Shown here one piece after another: positions 9,901-19,415 of a stretch of DNA of 64,000 nucleotides. This DNA is from a virus: positions 64,001 to 128,000 of the IMG/VR virus record IMGVR_UViG_3300034104_005002; one strand, 5' to 3'. Positions within the stretch are counted from its first letter, which is position 1, and each line of letters starts with the position of its first letter. The notes beneath the pieces were generated by a model. It was given only the letters and a program-made list of their open reading frames with translations. It was not told the origin of the DNA and ran no database searches. Made by a program: the position numbers and the translations under genes.

Positions 9901-12900
9901 CAGCAGAAGTTTCACTATATGATCGTTCAAATGATTGTTGATTATAAGGATTAAACCTGAATGTTTCAGTTGGGTTGTTAAATCTACCTTCTTTGTGATT
10001 GGGAGTACAAAGTCTAAATGAAACATTTTGGCTGGTAAAAGTCGGATCAGAAACAACAGTCTCACCAACAACAAACTTACCAGAAACCATTTCAACTTCA
10101 AGTAACTTAGGAGTTACATAGTTGCTGATATCTACTCCCTGGAAGAATGGATAAAATCGTGTTCTTGGTTTTAGACCTTTAGAAACAAATTCTATGTTTC
10201 GGTTTCTTAGGTATCTTACTGGCTCAGTATAGTGAGACAGTGAAGATGTCTGAGTCTCGCGCTCAACTATTCTTTCTGGGGTAACGGTGGTAATAGTATT
10301 GGAAGTGCTCTTTGTTGTAGTTGAAGTCTTTCTGGTTTCTGCGATTGTTGGTGGGGTGAATTCCAGTGCTCCACCTCTTCCTGCAAATCCCCCAGCCTGC
10401 ATTCTGTTTATAAATTGATTTGCAACATCTGCGGGAACATATTTGGTCAATAGAGCCAGATCCCCGGTTCTCCAGTGGAGACCATCGATTCTAATAGTAT
10501 TGCCATTTACAATTTCAAGAGTTCTTGTTTCTCCTCTAAAATTCTTACCAATAACAAGTGCTCTTCTACTACCTTGAGATGCCGCTCCAGCAACATCAAA
10601 TTTTCCACCTTGGGCTAATCTTTTCTGGGCATTTCCAATCCAATCAAATGGTTGAATACCGGCCTGAGAATTTGGGGCCTTTCGGAAGACCACATCATTT
10701 TCTGTTACATTATTAACAACCGTTATATTAGCATTTGGTAAGCGGTTAACCGATCTTACTCTGTTAAAACTATTTGTTGTAATAGCCTTTTCATCAACCC
10801 ATGTATCCAATGGAGGGTTTAGATTTAACAAACCAGACCAATATCGAACAAGGAATGCGGTAACACTTTCAGTTTTTGTGGCAAATTGTTGTTCGTGGAA
10901 AACAACCTCATCATAATCAAGGGTAATCAAATCTCCGGTTTTTTTAATTCCAATAGACCCAAGATCACTTACAAAACTCTGGTCAGCATTTGGATCAAAT
11001 GTTTGCCCTATACCTGAAATGGCCTCAGATCCAAGTTGCAAATCTAGGGATGTTGTATAATGTAGTGGTCTTAAAATTTTCTTTTCTTTATCAATTGAAG
11101 ATTTAAAATTTGGATTTTCAAGATCATGGTACGCATGATTCTTAAAATCATCAACAAAGAAGCCAGATTTAAATCGGTCTAGTCCAGTCTCAGCATCTTT
11201 AATAACAAAGTTCTCTGTTTTACTTTCTAGGGCAGAAAGTACAGTAAATTCTTCAACCCTGCTAATTCTTTCTTCAAGAAGAGAGATATCATCCATTCGA
11301 TATCTCTTGTGTTCTGACATATTGACCAGAATATTCTTTACATCATAGACATAGGGAGGAATATTAAGGACCGCAATATCAAAAGCATTTGCCTTGAATT
11401 CCGGAAGTTGTGGAGTATCGGAAGGAGTCCCCTGCACAACCTCAAAGGTTCCATTAGGATTCAGAAAAACTACGTCTATCCTTGGGAGATAATAGGAGTA
11501 TGAAAGAATTAGATTATTTTCTGGGGCAAGAACATAGTTTGAATATTGACCATCAGCCGCAAAGTTTCTTGAAATAAACTCAAATGGAGATCTTGAACTC
11601 GCAGAGTATGGAGCAACTCTTGGCCGCAGGTCAATGTAATCACTTAATCTTACATTATTAATATAAGGAATATTATGCTTGAAATCTTCATTTTGGTAAC
11701 TATTTACTGATACAAATTCTCCGGTATCATTTGCATCAATAGTGTAATTTTGGAAGACGATTTTTAATTTCTTTGATGGTTCAATTACATTCCTTTTTCT
11801 GACAATTCTAGAATAATCTAGAATTGTTTCTCTCTGCCCATCATCAAAAATAAAGTTTTGAGTGACATTATTATCACCTAAAGTTCTTGAAAGAACTGTT
11901 GCTTGAATTTTGGATTCTTTTGACGTAATAATCTCGTCTTCTGCAAATTTAAAAGTGTTGAGATACACATATTCAATCTCATCCACTCCAATTCGGTTGA
12001 TAATTAAACCAACTGCTCCGGATGTTTTTCCTGTAATTTGTTCCCCAATAAACAAGTCTTGGTTACTATTGGTTTGTCCGCTGAACGATCCAAATTGTAG
12101 TTTCGGAAGTTGTGGATCAGAAGTAGAAGATGATTCGTAGACCGCAAGAACTCTAACTACATCTGGCACATTAAGTGAAATCTCATCATCTTGTACTCGG
12201 GTTCCATAGACCTGACTATATGTCAAACCATCATTTAATGTGGTAGTTCCAATACCAGAAGAAGTTAATTTAGAATTACTAATAGTAAGAACATTTGCCT
12301 TATTTAAGGTTTTTGCCTTAGAATTTGGTTTAATATTTTTTACGGTTGCGATTACTGTTGCGGTTCCAGATGCCTTGGTAAGGCCTGTAAACTGCACTTG
12401 CTTTCCAGAATTGCCAACAGGACTAAATTTATCCCGCCTCAGTGGCTCTATGGTCCCATCGGAATATGAAATAAGATACTTATCCTCATCAAAACCATCA
12501 AAAAAGACATCCTCATCAGTTATTGTTAGAAGAATGGTTGATGAAGTAATAGTCTGATTAGAAAAAACTCTTCTTTGGAAAATTTCGCTATTGTCTAGAC
12601 TGATAGAAGAGATATTAGAACGGTTTAATTGAGTCAGTAGTGAAGAATTTTCAGAATAAATTGAAGAAGTTAGTTTTACAATATTGGTTACTGTAACATT
12701 AGAAGAAGGAAGTCTTCCATCACAAATACCCGGAACAGTTGTTATTCCGGTAATGGTAAAACTTCTTCCGGTTGGTGAAATTGATACTATTCTGTTATAA
12801 ACGACATCATCAAGATTTTGAACAGCGTATGAGACAACATCTCCTGCCTTTATAGTTCGTAGAAAATCAGTGCTTAGACCTGAAGATACTGTTGAAATTC

Positions 12901-14638
12901 CAGTCGATGCGGCAGTAATATTAAACAGAGAACCAGATGGGGCAATAAGAATTTTATTTTCTAAAACAAGATCCGCATTAAAAGTGTTCCCACTAAAAGT
13001 AGAATATATGGATTTAATATCAGAAGTTGAATAATCCTCTACACTACTAATAAGTCTTCCATTATCAATTCCATTGATTGTAATTGGTTCGTTATTTGAA
13101 AATTGACCAGAGACCTGATAAAGAAGTAGTTCTTTACTATTTGATGTATTTTGATATAAGAATCCAGAAGCATTACTCCGTTTTCCTTTAATTAGTGCAG
13201 GAGTTGCCTGTGTGATTTCAGTAGTCAGAGTAATTTTGGTAAATGTCTGAATATCGAATAGTCTTAGATCAAGAATACTTGTATTGTCAGAATACGAACT
13301 TTCAGGAACATAATCATAAACTCTTGCCACACCAATAGTAGTACCAACCGCAACTGATTTGTTGGCCCCAAGTCTACGATCAATCAAACTAACAGTAGTA
13401 TCGGTCTTAATCCCGATATAAGGAGCCCCATAAACATTGTTGAGAGCGATCAATTGACCAGCATTATATGGAATAACCTGCCTCTCTAGTGTTTTTGTTT
13501 CCCTCGTCTTAGGAACTTCTAAGAGTCTAGGGGAAATTGTTTCAACGTCATAACCATTAACATAGGCCTTTCCTGGGCCAATTTCATACACCATCACATC
13601 TTCTGATGGTGTATTTCCATTTACGGTTCTTTGTTCCTCAAAATAGATACCATTTGTTAAGGTCCTATCATTCAGGGAATCTCTTACGAATAGCGTAAAT
13701 GGCCTTACATAATAGTCACCATTAGTTTCAGCAGTTCTTCTTGCAAGCTCATCCCTGATAAGACTATATTGAGCATTTCTTTCAAAAAACTGAGGCTGAC
13801 CATTAATTACCCGAAGAATTTCAACAAAATTATCCGGATTATCATTTATATTATATTTTTTAAGTTCTAGTTCAATTTGAAATCTATCAGCACCTGGAGC
13901 CGCATAATTAGAAAAACCTTGAGAATTATCATAAAGAGTTTCATCTTCTAGAGCATTTACCACTCTTTCAATAATATTGAAGCCAACTCTGTAAGATGGC
14001 TGAGTTCCATATTGATCAAGAAGAATTCGCTGCGAATTTACTCTTGCAAAAACCCCCCTTACAAAATAAACACCAGAGGCGACATTTACAGCCGAACCAT
14101 CTGAGGTTGAATTTGCCGCAATTGTTGTGACAATTTCTTGACCAGCCTGAATGGTGATTCCGGAATATGTAATTGAATTTTCTGTGATTATTGATTCACC
14201 ATCTAGAAAAACCTTGTTTTCAAAGTTTGGCCCACCGCTTTCTAGATATTGAACGTAAAGAGTATAATTATTTCTTTCTGATAGTCTTTGATCTAAAACA
14301 TAAACAACCTTTGCACTGACTCCACTTAGAGATCCTCGGATTGTTTTTCCTAGAATTTCATTAAAATATGCAGAAACTGGAATTCCATTGAATTGGGGCT
14401 CAATTTCCACCGCATGAAATGGATTATCAATTGAAAGCTGACCTGGGATTACAACGGATCCTTCTTTAAAAATATGATTCCCAAACTGCTCTACTTGATT
14501 TTGTAGAATAGATTGGAGACTATTTAATTCTCTTGCCTGAACAGGTTGAGTTGGTTTAAATAGAACCTTGTAGTAATTCTTATCCGCATCAAAATCATCA
14601 AAATATGGAGATACGTTTAGATTGGTTTCCTGTGGCAT
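6905..14638 (-). CDS. Large virion structural protein (DUF4815/VrlC-like)
   Basis: MPQETNLNVSPYFDDFD..YYKVLF.P..PVQAREL N-terminus, DRFKSGFFVDDF, DPLAQSF; position between gp8 and gp13. Confidence 0.85.
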   Translation of the reverse strand: MPQETNLNVSPYFDDFDADKNYYKVLFKPTQPVQARELNSLQSILQNQVEQFGNHIFKEGSVVIPGQLSIDNPFHAVEIEPQFNGIPVSAYFNEILGKTIRGSLSGVSAKVVYVLDQRLSERNNYTLYVQYLESGGPNFENKVFLDGESIITENSITYSGITIQAGQEIVTTIAANSTSDGSAVNVASGVYFVRGVFARVNSQRILLDQYGTQPSYRVGFNIIERVVNALEDETLYDNSQGFSNYAAPGADRFQIELELKKYNINDNPDNFVEILRVINGQPQFFERNAQYSLIRDELARRTAETNGDYYVRPFTLFVRDSLNDRTLTNGIYFEEQRTVNGNTPSEDVMVYEIGPGKAYVNGYDVETISPRLLEVPKTRETKTLERQVIPYNAGQLIALNNVYGAPYIGIKTDTTVSLIDRRLGANKSVAVGTTIGVARVYDYVPESSYSDNTSILDLRLFDIQTFTKITLTTEITQATPALIKGKRSNASGFLYQNTSNSKELLLYQVSGQFSNNEPITINGIDNGRLISSVEDYSTSDIKSIYSTFSGNTFNADLVLENKILIAPSGSLFNITAASTGISTVSSGLSTDFLRTIKAGDVVSYAVQNLDDVVYNRIVSISPTGRSFTITGITTVPGICDGRLPSSNVTVTNIVKLTSSIYSENSSLLTQLNRSNISSISLDNSEIFQRRVFSNQTITSSTILLTITDEDVFFDGFDEDKYLISYSDGTIEPLRRDKFSPVGNSGKQVQFTGLTKASGTATVIATVKNIKPNSKAKTLNKANVLTISNSKLTSSGIGTTTLNDGLTYSQVYGTRVQDDEISLNVPDVVRVLAVYESSSTSDPQLPKLQFGSFSGQTNSNQDLFIGEQITGKTSGAVGLIINRIGVDEIEYVYLNTFKFAEDEIITSKESKIQATVLSRTLGDNNVTQNFIFDDGQRETILDYSRIVRKRNVIEPSKKLKIVFQNYTIDANDTGEFVSVNSYQNEDFKHNIPYINNVRLSDYIDLRPRVAPYSASSRSPFEFISRNFAADGQYSNYVLAPENNLILSYSYYLPRIDVVFLNPNGTFEVVQGTPSDTPQLPEFKANAFDIAVLNIPPYVYDVKNILVNMSEHKRYRMDDISLLEERISRVEEFTVLSALESKTENFVIKDAETGLDRFKSGFFVDDFKNHAYHDLENPNFKSSIDKEKKILRPLHYTTSLDLQLGSEAISGIGQTFDPNADQSFVSDLGSIGIKKTGDLITLDYDEVVFHEQQFATKTESVTAFLVRYWSGLLNLNPPLDTWVDEKAITTNSFNRVRSVNRLPNANITVVNNVTENDVVFRKAPNSQAGIQPFDWIGNAQKRLAQGGKFDVAGAASQGSRRALVIGKNFRGETRTLEIVNGNTIRIDGLHWRTGDLALLTKYVPADVANQFINRMQAGGFAGRGGALEFTPPTIAETRKTSTTTKSTSNTITTVTPERIVERETQTSSLSHYTEPVRYLRNRNIEFVSKGLKPRTRFYPFFQGVDISNYVTPKLLEVEMVSGKFVVGETVVSDPTFTSQNVSFRLCTPNHKEGRFNNPTETFRFNPYNQQSFERSYSETSAVLNVDTRSMELASETRFFGQVAPRMRIIGRTSGAVATIRRIRLLSDNSGTLIGSFNVPDPNVRGNPRWINGENNFILIDTPSLDQIKLVEFIPNSRINESSAEAEFTSSAITNIAETNILTTRNIKIIPPRNINTTTITNVTTNTTTVSQNVVPSSVQIQQPYDPLAQSFYVFEDTGVFLTSVDVYFETSDSDNVPVTLQIRPLLAGVPSNIVVPFSEVTLTPDQINLSINGSVPTKFTFPSPVYLQGPQQQTVRQAPIASESSAEYAIVLISNSPNYRVFVTELGQNDIQSRIRITKQPTLGSMFKSQNGTVWTPSQLEDLKYKIYRAQFKNEGILKFFNPKLDIGNGKKTVTGPNQFEFLTKRIIVGLGSTGYSSVVQEGVTITQGSASATLIGISGRITTGAGAGTTISNVGFGYTNGTFTNVNLVTETGFGLGAVATVGVANSVIGSINITNGGIGYKVGDSLLIPPLGQGLGINGRITVTNIASPNTFVLDEVQGTFNVGVSTVNFINSSGISSAIGAGITVTSITEDQFFDGLHMKVYQQNHGMHSFENYVEINDFRPLNSDTNSTTSSEITSTQNTIPLQSSAGFNIFEGVTVSPINPGYAIIGNEVIRYTAISGNTLTGVTRAVDGTQAIAYANNTFVYKYEFNGVSLRRINKIHNFAEVDSANTGKFPIDLNSYFIKIDMSDTDFDGKSIGTNRENNLYFRQHVQGGQSGIVISNNIQYESITPNIASIIPAKTNISTKIRTFTGSSVGGNEKPFIDRGFEIIPLDTQTYFTEPKLICSSVNEERFITNSPGNRSLSFEMLFTTDDTRVSPVVDTINTSVALTSNLINNSNGIGELATYSTDTLVRGDNDSHEAIYISKPTRLKIPANAIKVILSASRNDLNDVRVLYQIFRDDESNVNPSFELFPGYKNYVVDGFGIKRVIDVSKNDGSSDSFVKETSDRTFKDYEYSVDDLPDFNAFAIKIVMASSNQATPPLIRQLRAIATIKPRI

Positions 14639-14640
14639 GA

Positions 14641-16221
14641 TTAAAACTGTAGAATTACCTTAATGTCTTCTTTTTGATTCTGAGATCTTGTAATAGCCGG
14701 TCTATTATCAACATAAATGACAGATCCAGAATGTTTTTTGACCTCTGGATTTGCCAGGCCATTAATGAATGATTGACCTAATCTATATGTCCTATTATTT
14801 ATGGTGGTTGTTATGCCAGGATTTGCAATAGAACCGAAAGAGGTATCAATATTTAAATCAATACTTCCACCAGAAATTGTGACACTGCCACCGGTTGCCG
14901 GAGTTGCAGTAAATTTTTCTAGATTAAATCCATATGTCGCTGATGTTTGAATTCCTGCTGTAGTAAATCCGGCTAGTGTTTTGTCTTGCCAATACTTAAG
15001 AACTCCAGTGTTTCTATCATAAGATACCACTCTTCCAACAGCCGTGACACCTAGACCAACCGTCTGGGTGATAAAGGAATCTGGGATGAAGGTTGCTGAT
15101 TGATAATCACTCTGATTTGTAATTCCAACAAGTTTAATTGCATTGAGAGCACTTACTTTATCATCTGTGAGAACCTCCGAGGAATCAAATCTAAGAGGAT
15201 TTTCTACTATACCAATCCTGGCGATTTCATTTCCAGTGATAAAATCCGGGTTATCAAAATCATTTTCAATTCTAGAATAAACTGAAACATAAAATGCTCC
15301 TAGTTCATTATAAATATCAAAACCATGTCCCCCTTTTGGTGGAATAATCACATCAAATTGTGGTAGAGTCGTTGGATTTGGGAGTCCCCCAGCCTGAATG
15401 TCAATTCTTCCATAAGTATAATTTTGTCCACCATTCGCTACGAAGACATTTTCTACCTGAGCATTATTGTTAAACGTGATTGTGACTAGACCCTCAGAGC
15501 CATCACCTTTTATTGGAACATTTCGGAAAACTCGGTTCCGGATTCCTGAAACATTACTGTAATCACCTCTATTTGTAACAGTACAAATTTTGATTTGACC
15601 ACTATTCTCCGCATTATTCTTAATTAAAAACGACTGCTCATCCTCCCCCCAATTTTGTGGGGTTGGAATGAAGTTTATACTATCAAAACGAATAATATCA
15701 GTTGCACTTAAAGTGTAAAGATACTTCCAAATATAACCATCTACTCCGGTTCCGACTGCTCTAGGTTCTAGATCTGTAAATTTTGGTTCAAACTGAGATT
15801 GCCTCCCACCTGGATTTTCTGGTGAAATCCCATTGTTTAAACAAATATAAACCTGATAGTTACTATTTACAACATAATAATTAGAGGAATATAAACTAGT
15901 CGCTCCAGAAGGAATAGTGGTTTTTGTTCGACTTACATCATGACGATACATATCATAAGTAATTCCACTTTCCCATCTAATTTTTCTGACTGCCTGGCGA
16001 ACATCAGTTGAAAAAATCTTCTTTAGAGCAATCATTGTATCCCAATAGTCGGATTCTTGCTCAAAACTATCCTTAGGCGCCAATGGGGAAATATTCCAGT
16101 CAGCATAATAATCAGAAGGATTAGGAAGCCCAATAAAACTGTAGTAGTTTGTAGTTGCGGCAGTTTCAACAAACTGTTTGGCTCTCAGAATTCTTAGATT
16201 ATCAGTTATAATTGCAGACAT
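14641..16221 (-). CDS. gp8: Baseplate wedge subunit
   Basis: MSAIITD..R, VYICL.NG, DGYIWKYLY, PPKGGHG, C-terminal RSQNQKEDIKVILQF. Confidence 0.92.
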   Translation of the reverse strand: MSAIITDNLRILRAKQFVETAATTNYYSFIGLPNPSDYYADWNISPLAPKDSFEQESDYWDTMIALKKIFSTDVRQAVRKIRWESGITYDMYRHDVSRTKTTIPSGATSLYSSNYYVVNSNYQVYICLNNGISPENPGGRQSQFEPKFTDLEPRAVGTGVDGYIWKYLYTLSATDIIRFDSINFIPTPQNWGEDEQSFLIKNNAENSGQIKICTVTNRGDYSNVSGIRNRVFRNVPIKGDGSEGLVTITFNNNAQVENVFVANGGQNYTYGRIDIQAGGLPNPTTLPQFDVIIPPKGGHGFDIYNELGAFYVSVYSRIENDFDNPDFITGNEIARIGIVENPLRFDSSEVLTDDKVSALNAIKLVGITNQSDYQSATFIPDSFITQTVGLGVTAVGRVVSYDRNTGVLKYWQDKTLAGFTTAGIQTSATYGFNLEKFTATPATGGSVTISGGSIDLNIDTSFGSIANPGITTTINNRTYRLGQSFINGLANPEVKKHSGSVIYVDNRPAITRSQNQKEDIKVILQF

Positions 16222-16241
16222 TGGTTATGATTTTTATTAGC

Positions 16242-16248
16242 TATTTAG
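16242..16248 (-). promoter_or_regulatory. T4-type late promoter (CTAAATA) for gp8
   Basis: TAAATA box about 20 nt upstream of the gp8 start. Confidence 0.6.
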
Positions 16249-19200
16249 ACCAAATAATCAAGGTATTTTAGAGGATTAAGCCTCTGAATTACTGTAGAAG
16301 TGGTAATTCCTGGTGCATAGTAATCAAATTCGCTAGATCCAGATTTAGATACATTATATATTCTTCCCCAACTATAATCACCATAATATCCACTTCCAGC
16401 CACCCCAACAAGAGAAGAGTTATTATTGACCTTAACAACGACCTCACTCACTGTTGTTAGTCCAACACCAATTACAACTTTTTGCTTTGTTGTGGTAGAA
16501 ACTACCTGATAAACATTGTCTATAAACTGAGTAGAAATACCTATTACGTTATTTCCAGAATCCAATGAAGAAATAGTGGAACCAACAGAAGTATTGCTCA
16601 CATAGAAATAATAACCAGTAGAAATTCCACTTGAACCAGAAATTCCGGCTCCAACTTGATTGATGGTCGAATTTCTTAGATAGGATTCTTTTGGAATATA
16701 AAGATCAAATATGATAGATCCTGTAGTAGTTCCAATTCCAGAAATAATACCAAAATCTCCTTGATAAGAGACTTCTTCTGCAATTTCAATTATCTGTCTT
16801 GGTGATTCTACAATAACATAAACAGGGGAAGTTGAAGTATAACCAAACCCTGAATTAATTATATTCACTGAAGTGACAATTCCACTAGAATTTATTTGAG
16901 CTGTTGCAGTTGCCATCGCAGTTGTCCCCAATCCAACTGGAGGTGAAATTGAAACTTGTGGGGTCGAGAAATACCCAAATCCTGGTTTATCAATATTAAT
17001 TGATGAAATTGTTCCAGCGACAGAAACAACAGCCGACAATAAACATTGTTCCTGTACTGCTTGAGAGATTATTCGTATGTTGTTCGTTACAGGAGATTCA
17101 TTTGCATTATCAAAAAATGTTTTGACATTATCAACGAATATTTCACTAGAAGTGCTACCAATACCAGAAATTGCAAATGCGGTTGGATAGATTAGTGATT
17201 CATAGATTATCCTGTCTTTGGTAACTAGAATTCCAGAGATAAATTTATCAACATTTTGAGGGCACCATTCAACAGGACGAACTTCATCATCTACTGAAAT
17301 TCCTTGTCTATTATAAATATTAGTTCTTGCGGTATCCGCAGAAATAATGTCTTGGACAGTTCTTGAATTTTGATCTCTAAATCGATCTACATTATCAAAT
17401 ATAGTAAGAGTGTCCCCAATTTTAACGGTCTCAATCACTTCTCTGAGTTCAGTATCTACATTATCAGTTCCACCATAAAACAGAATTGTAGATTTTGAAC
17501 CAATTCTTGGTGGTTCTTTAAATGTTAAAATACTACCACCATCAAATTCATAAGACTCTCTTGGAACTTGTAGTACTGTATCGATAAAAACCAGAAGAGA
17601 GTTTTCTACATTTAAATCAGATCCAACTTTAGCAAGAATGGCAGTTTGCTGTCCATTTAATCTTAGAGAAAATGCTCTTCTTCTTCCATTAAACTGATTA
17701 TCTATTGGGTCAAAAATAATCAACTCTCCAATTGTTCTAACTGTAGAATCATCATTAAAGATTTTATCAACGGTGATTTTAAATTCTTTGAAGTTTGCGC
17801 TGCTAGTAGTTGGAATTCCAGCAATAGTTAATATATCTCCTCCCTGATAACCATAACCAAAATTATCTAAGGTAAAATCGATAACACTAGAGCCCTGTCC
17901 CACTACTATGTTAATTCTTGCTTCCGTTCCAACTCCAGAAGATCCCGATGAATAAATCAAAGGAATATTTGAATATGTTAGAGGCGCATCAAAATAAACA
18001 CTTGGAGGGTTTGTAGAAGTGTAACCAGAACCTGGATTACTAATTACAACTGTTGTGATTCCACCACTTGAAATGGTCGCAGTCCCGATAATTTCTAGAT
18101 CTACTCCGACTACGTTACTATAACCAACCCCAACGTTGACTGTCTGAATACCACTTCGATAACCAGAACCACTATAACCAATTGAGATTGATCGAATTGT
18201 CCCTGCAGCGGAAACGATTGCAGTACCACCTGCAGAAATCAGAGGCTGATAACCGAATCCTTCAGTAGAAGCAACAGAAAAAATGATACCTCCTCTAGGG
18301 AGTTCAGTCAAATTAACGTCATATTCTGCAAAATTTGTGTTGCCTGTAAATGTAATGGAAGTGACTCCAACATTTTCTTCTAAAACATAGGCCCCCTGAA
18401 TAGGGTTGCCAGTTAATCTAGAGGGTGGTTGGAATACATCATTAATTGTGAGAATTGTATTGTCTGTAGAAATTCCAGTGACATCACTTTCATTTACTTT
18501 AAGATTAAAACTTTTAGTCAGTCCATCAAACTGTTGTGAAATATCATCAAAGATGTAATTGGTATCATAAGGTCCCTTATCGGTATTTTTTATTCCAGAT
18601 CTCAAAAAAACCCTTCCACTGAAAGTAGATCCATTAGTTAGACCATTTTCTAAATCAAAGAAATTACCATAGGGCGGATATGTAAAATGAATAAAGCTAT
18701 CTACAATATTATAATTCCCTTTAACTTTTGTTACAACAGAATTTGAAGTGTGGGAAACCCCAACAGTCCCTAGAAGCTCCCTTTCAAAAAATAGATTATT
18801 AGTTGTCCCTACTCCAACTGAAAGAACTCTAAAATATTCATCGTCAATTTTAAATAACTCACCGCCTTTAAAAATATTGGGATTATTTACAGGAACTGAT
18901 AGATCAGAATCATTTATTGATTCCAAAATAAAGGAAGTAATTGCTGTTGATACGATAGGATCTTGAATAATATTGTTGAGTGTAATAATTGTATTTTTAT
19001 TTGGATCTTTAGATGATATTGAGTGATTGCCAGATCCGTAATCATCTAAATCAAGATAAATTGGTTCGGCCAGAAGAGAATCTTCTTTTGTTGCGGATAC
19101 TCTTATGGTTGAAACATCAACTTTCACTGCATAAAGTTTAGATGGTAGAATATCAGTTGTTATACCAGAAATTACAGTGGGAATGATTTTAATTGGTGAA

Positions 19201-19415
19201 ATGTCTGATTTATAAATCAGCTCTTCCCCGGTTATAAAATTGTGTTGAGTAAAGATGAACCAATCTTCTGTCAAATTTATAAATGATGAAGAATTTCCAA
19301 GAAATTCTCTAGAAAAAATAAATCTATCGTTTGATTTAAGTTCAAACGCAGTCCCACCAGAGAACTCACCGCTAACATATTCACCATAACCAGAAGAAAA
19401 GGAAATATTGCTCAT
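16245..19415 (-). CDS. gp7: Baseplate wedge initiator, C-terminal part (gp7-like)
   Basis: FSGRVFLRSG, DDISQQFDG, VIETVKIGD, YSWGRI motifs typical of the C-terminal region of cyanophage gp7. Confidence 0.7.
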   Translation of the reverse strand: MSNISFSSGYGEYVSGEFSGGTAFELKSNDRFIFSREFLGNSSSFINLTEDWFIFTQHNFITGEELIYKSDISPIKIIPTVISGITTDILPSKLYAVKVDVSTIRVSATKEDSLLAEPIYLDLDDYGSGNHSISSKDPNKNTIITLNNIIQDPIVSTAITSFILESINDSDLSVPVNNPNIFKGGELFKIDDEYFRVLSVGVGTTNNLFFERELLGTVGVSHTSNSVVTKVKGNYNIVDSFIHFTYPPYGNFFDLENGLTNGSTFSGRVFLRSGIKNTDKGPYDTNYIFDDISQQFDGLTKSFNLKVNESDVTGISTDNTILTINDVFQPPSRLTGNPIQGAYVLEENVGVTSITFTGNTNFAEYDVNLTELPRGGIIFSVASTEGFGYQPLISAGGTAIVSAAGTIRSISIGYSGSGYRSGIQTVNVGVGYSNVVGVDLEIIGTATISSGGITTVVISNPGSGYTSTNPPSVYFDAPLTYSNIPLIYSSGSSGVGTEARINIVVGQGSSVIDFTLDNFGYGYQGGDILTIAGIPTTSSANFKEFKITVDKIFNDDSTVRTIGELIIFDPIDNQFNGRRRAFSLRLNGQQTAILAKVGSDLNVENSLLVFIDTVLQVPRESYEFDGGSILTFKEPPRIGSKSTILFYGGTDNVDTELREVIETVKIGDTLTIFDNVDRFRDQNSRTVQDIISADTARTNIYNRQGISVDDEVRPVEWCPQNVDKFISGILVTKDRIIYESLIYPTAFAISGIGSTSSEIFVDNVKTFFDNANESPVTNNIRIISQAVQEQCLLSAVVSVAGTISSINIDKPGFGYFSTPQVSISPPVGLGTTAMATATAQINSSGIVTSVNIINSGFGYTSTSPVYVIVESPRQIIEIAEEVSYQGDFGIISGIGTTTGSIIFDLYIPKESYLRNSTINQVGAGISGSSGISTGYYFYVSNTSVGSTISSLDSGNNVIGISTQFIDNVYQVVSTTTKQKVVIGVGLTTVSEVVVKVNNNSSLVGVAGSGYYGDYSWGRIYNVSKSGSSEFDYYAPGITTSTVIQRLNPLKYLDYLV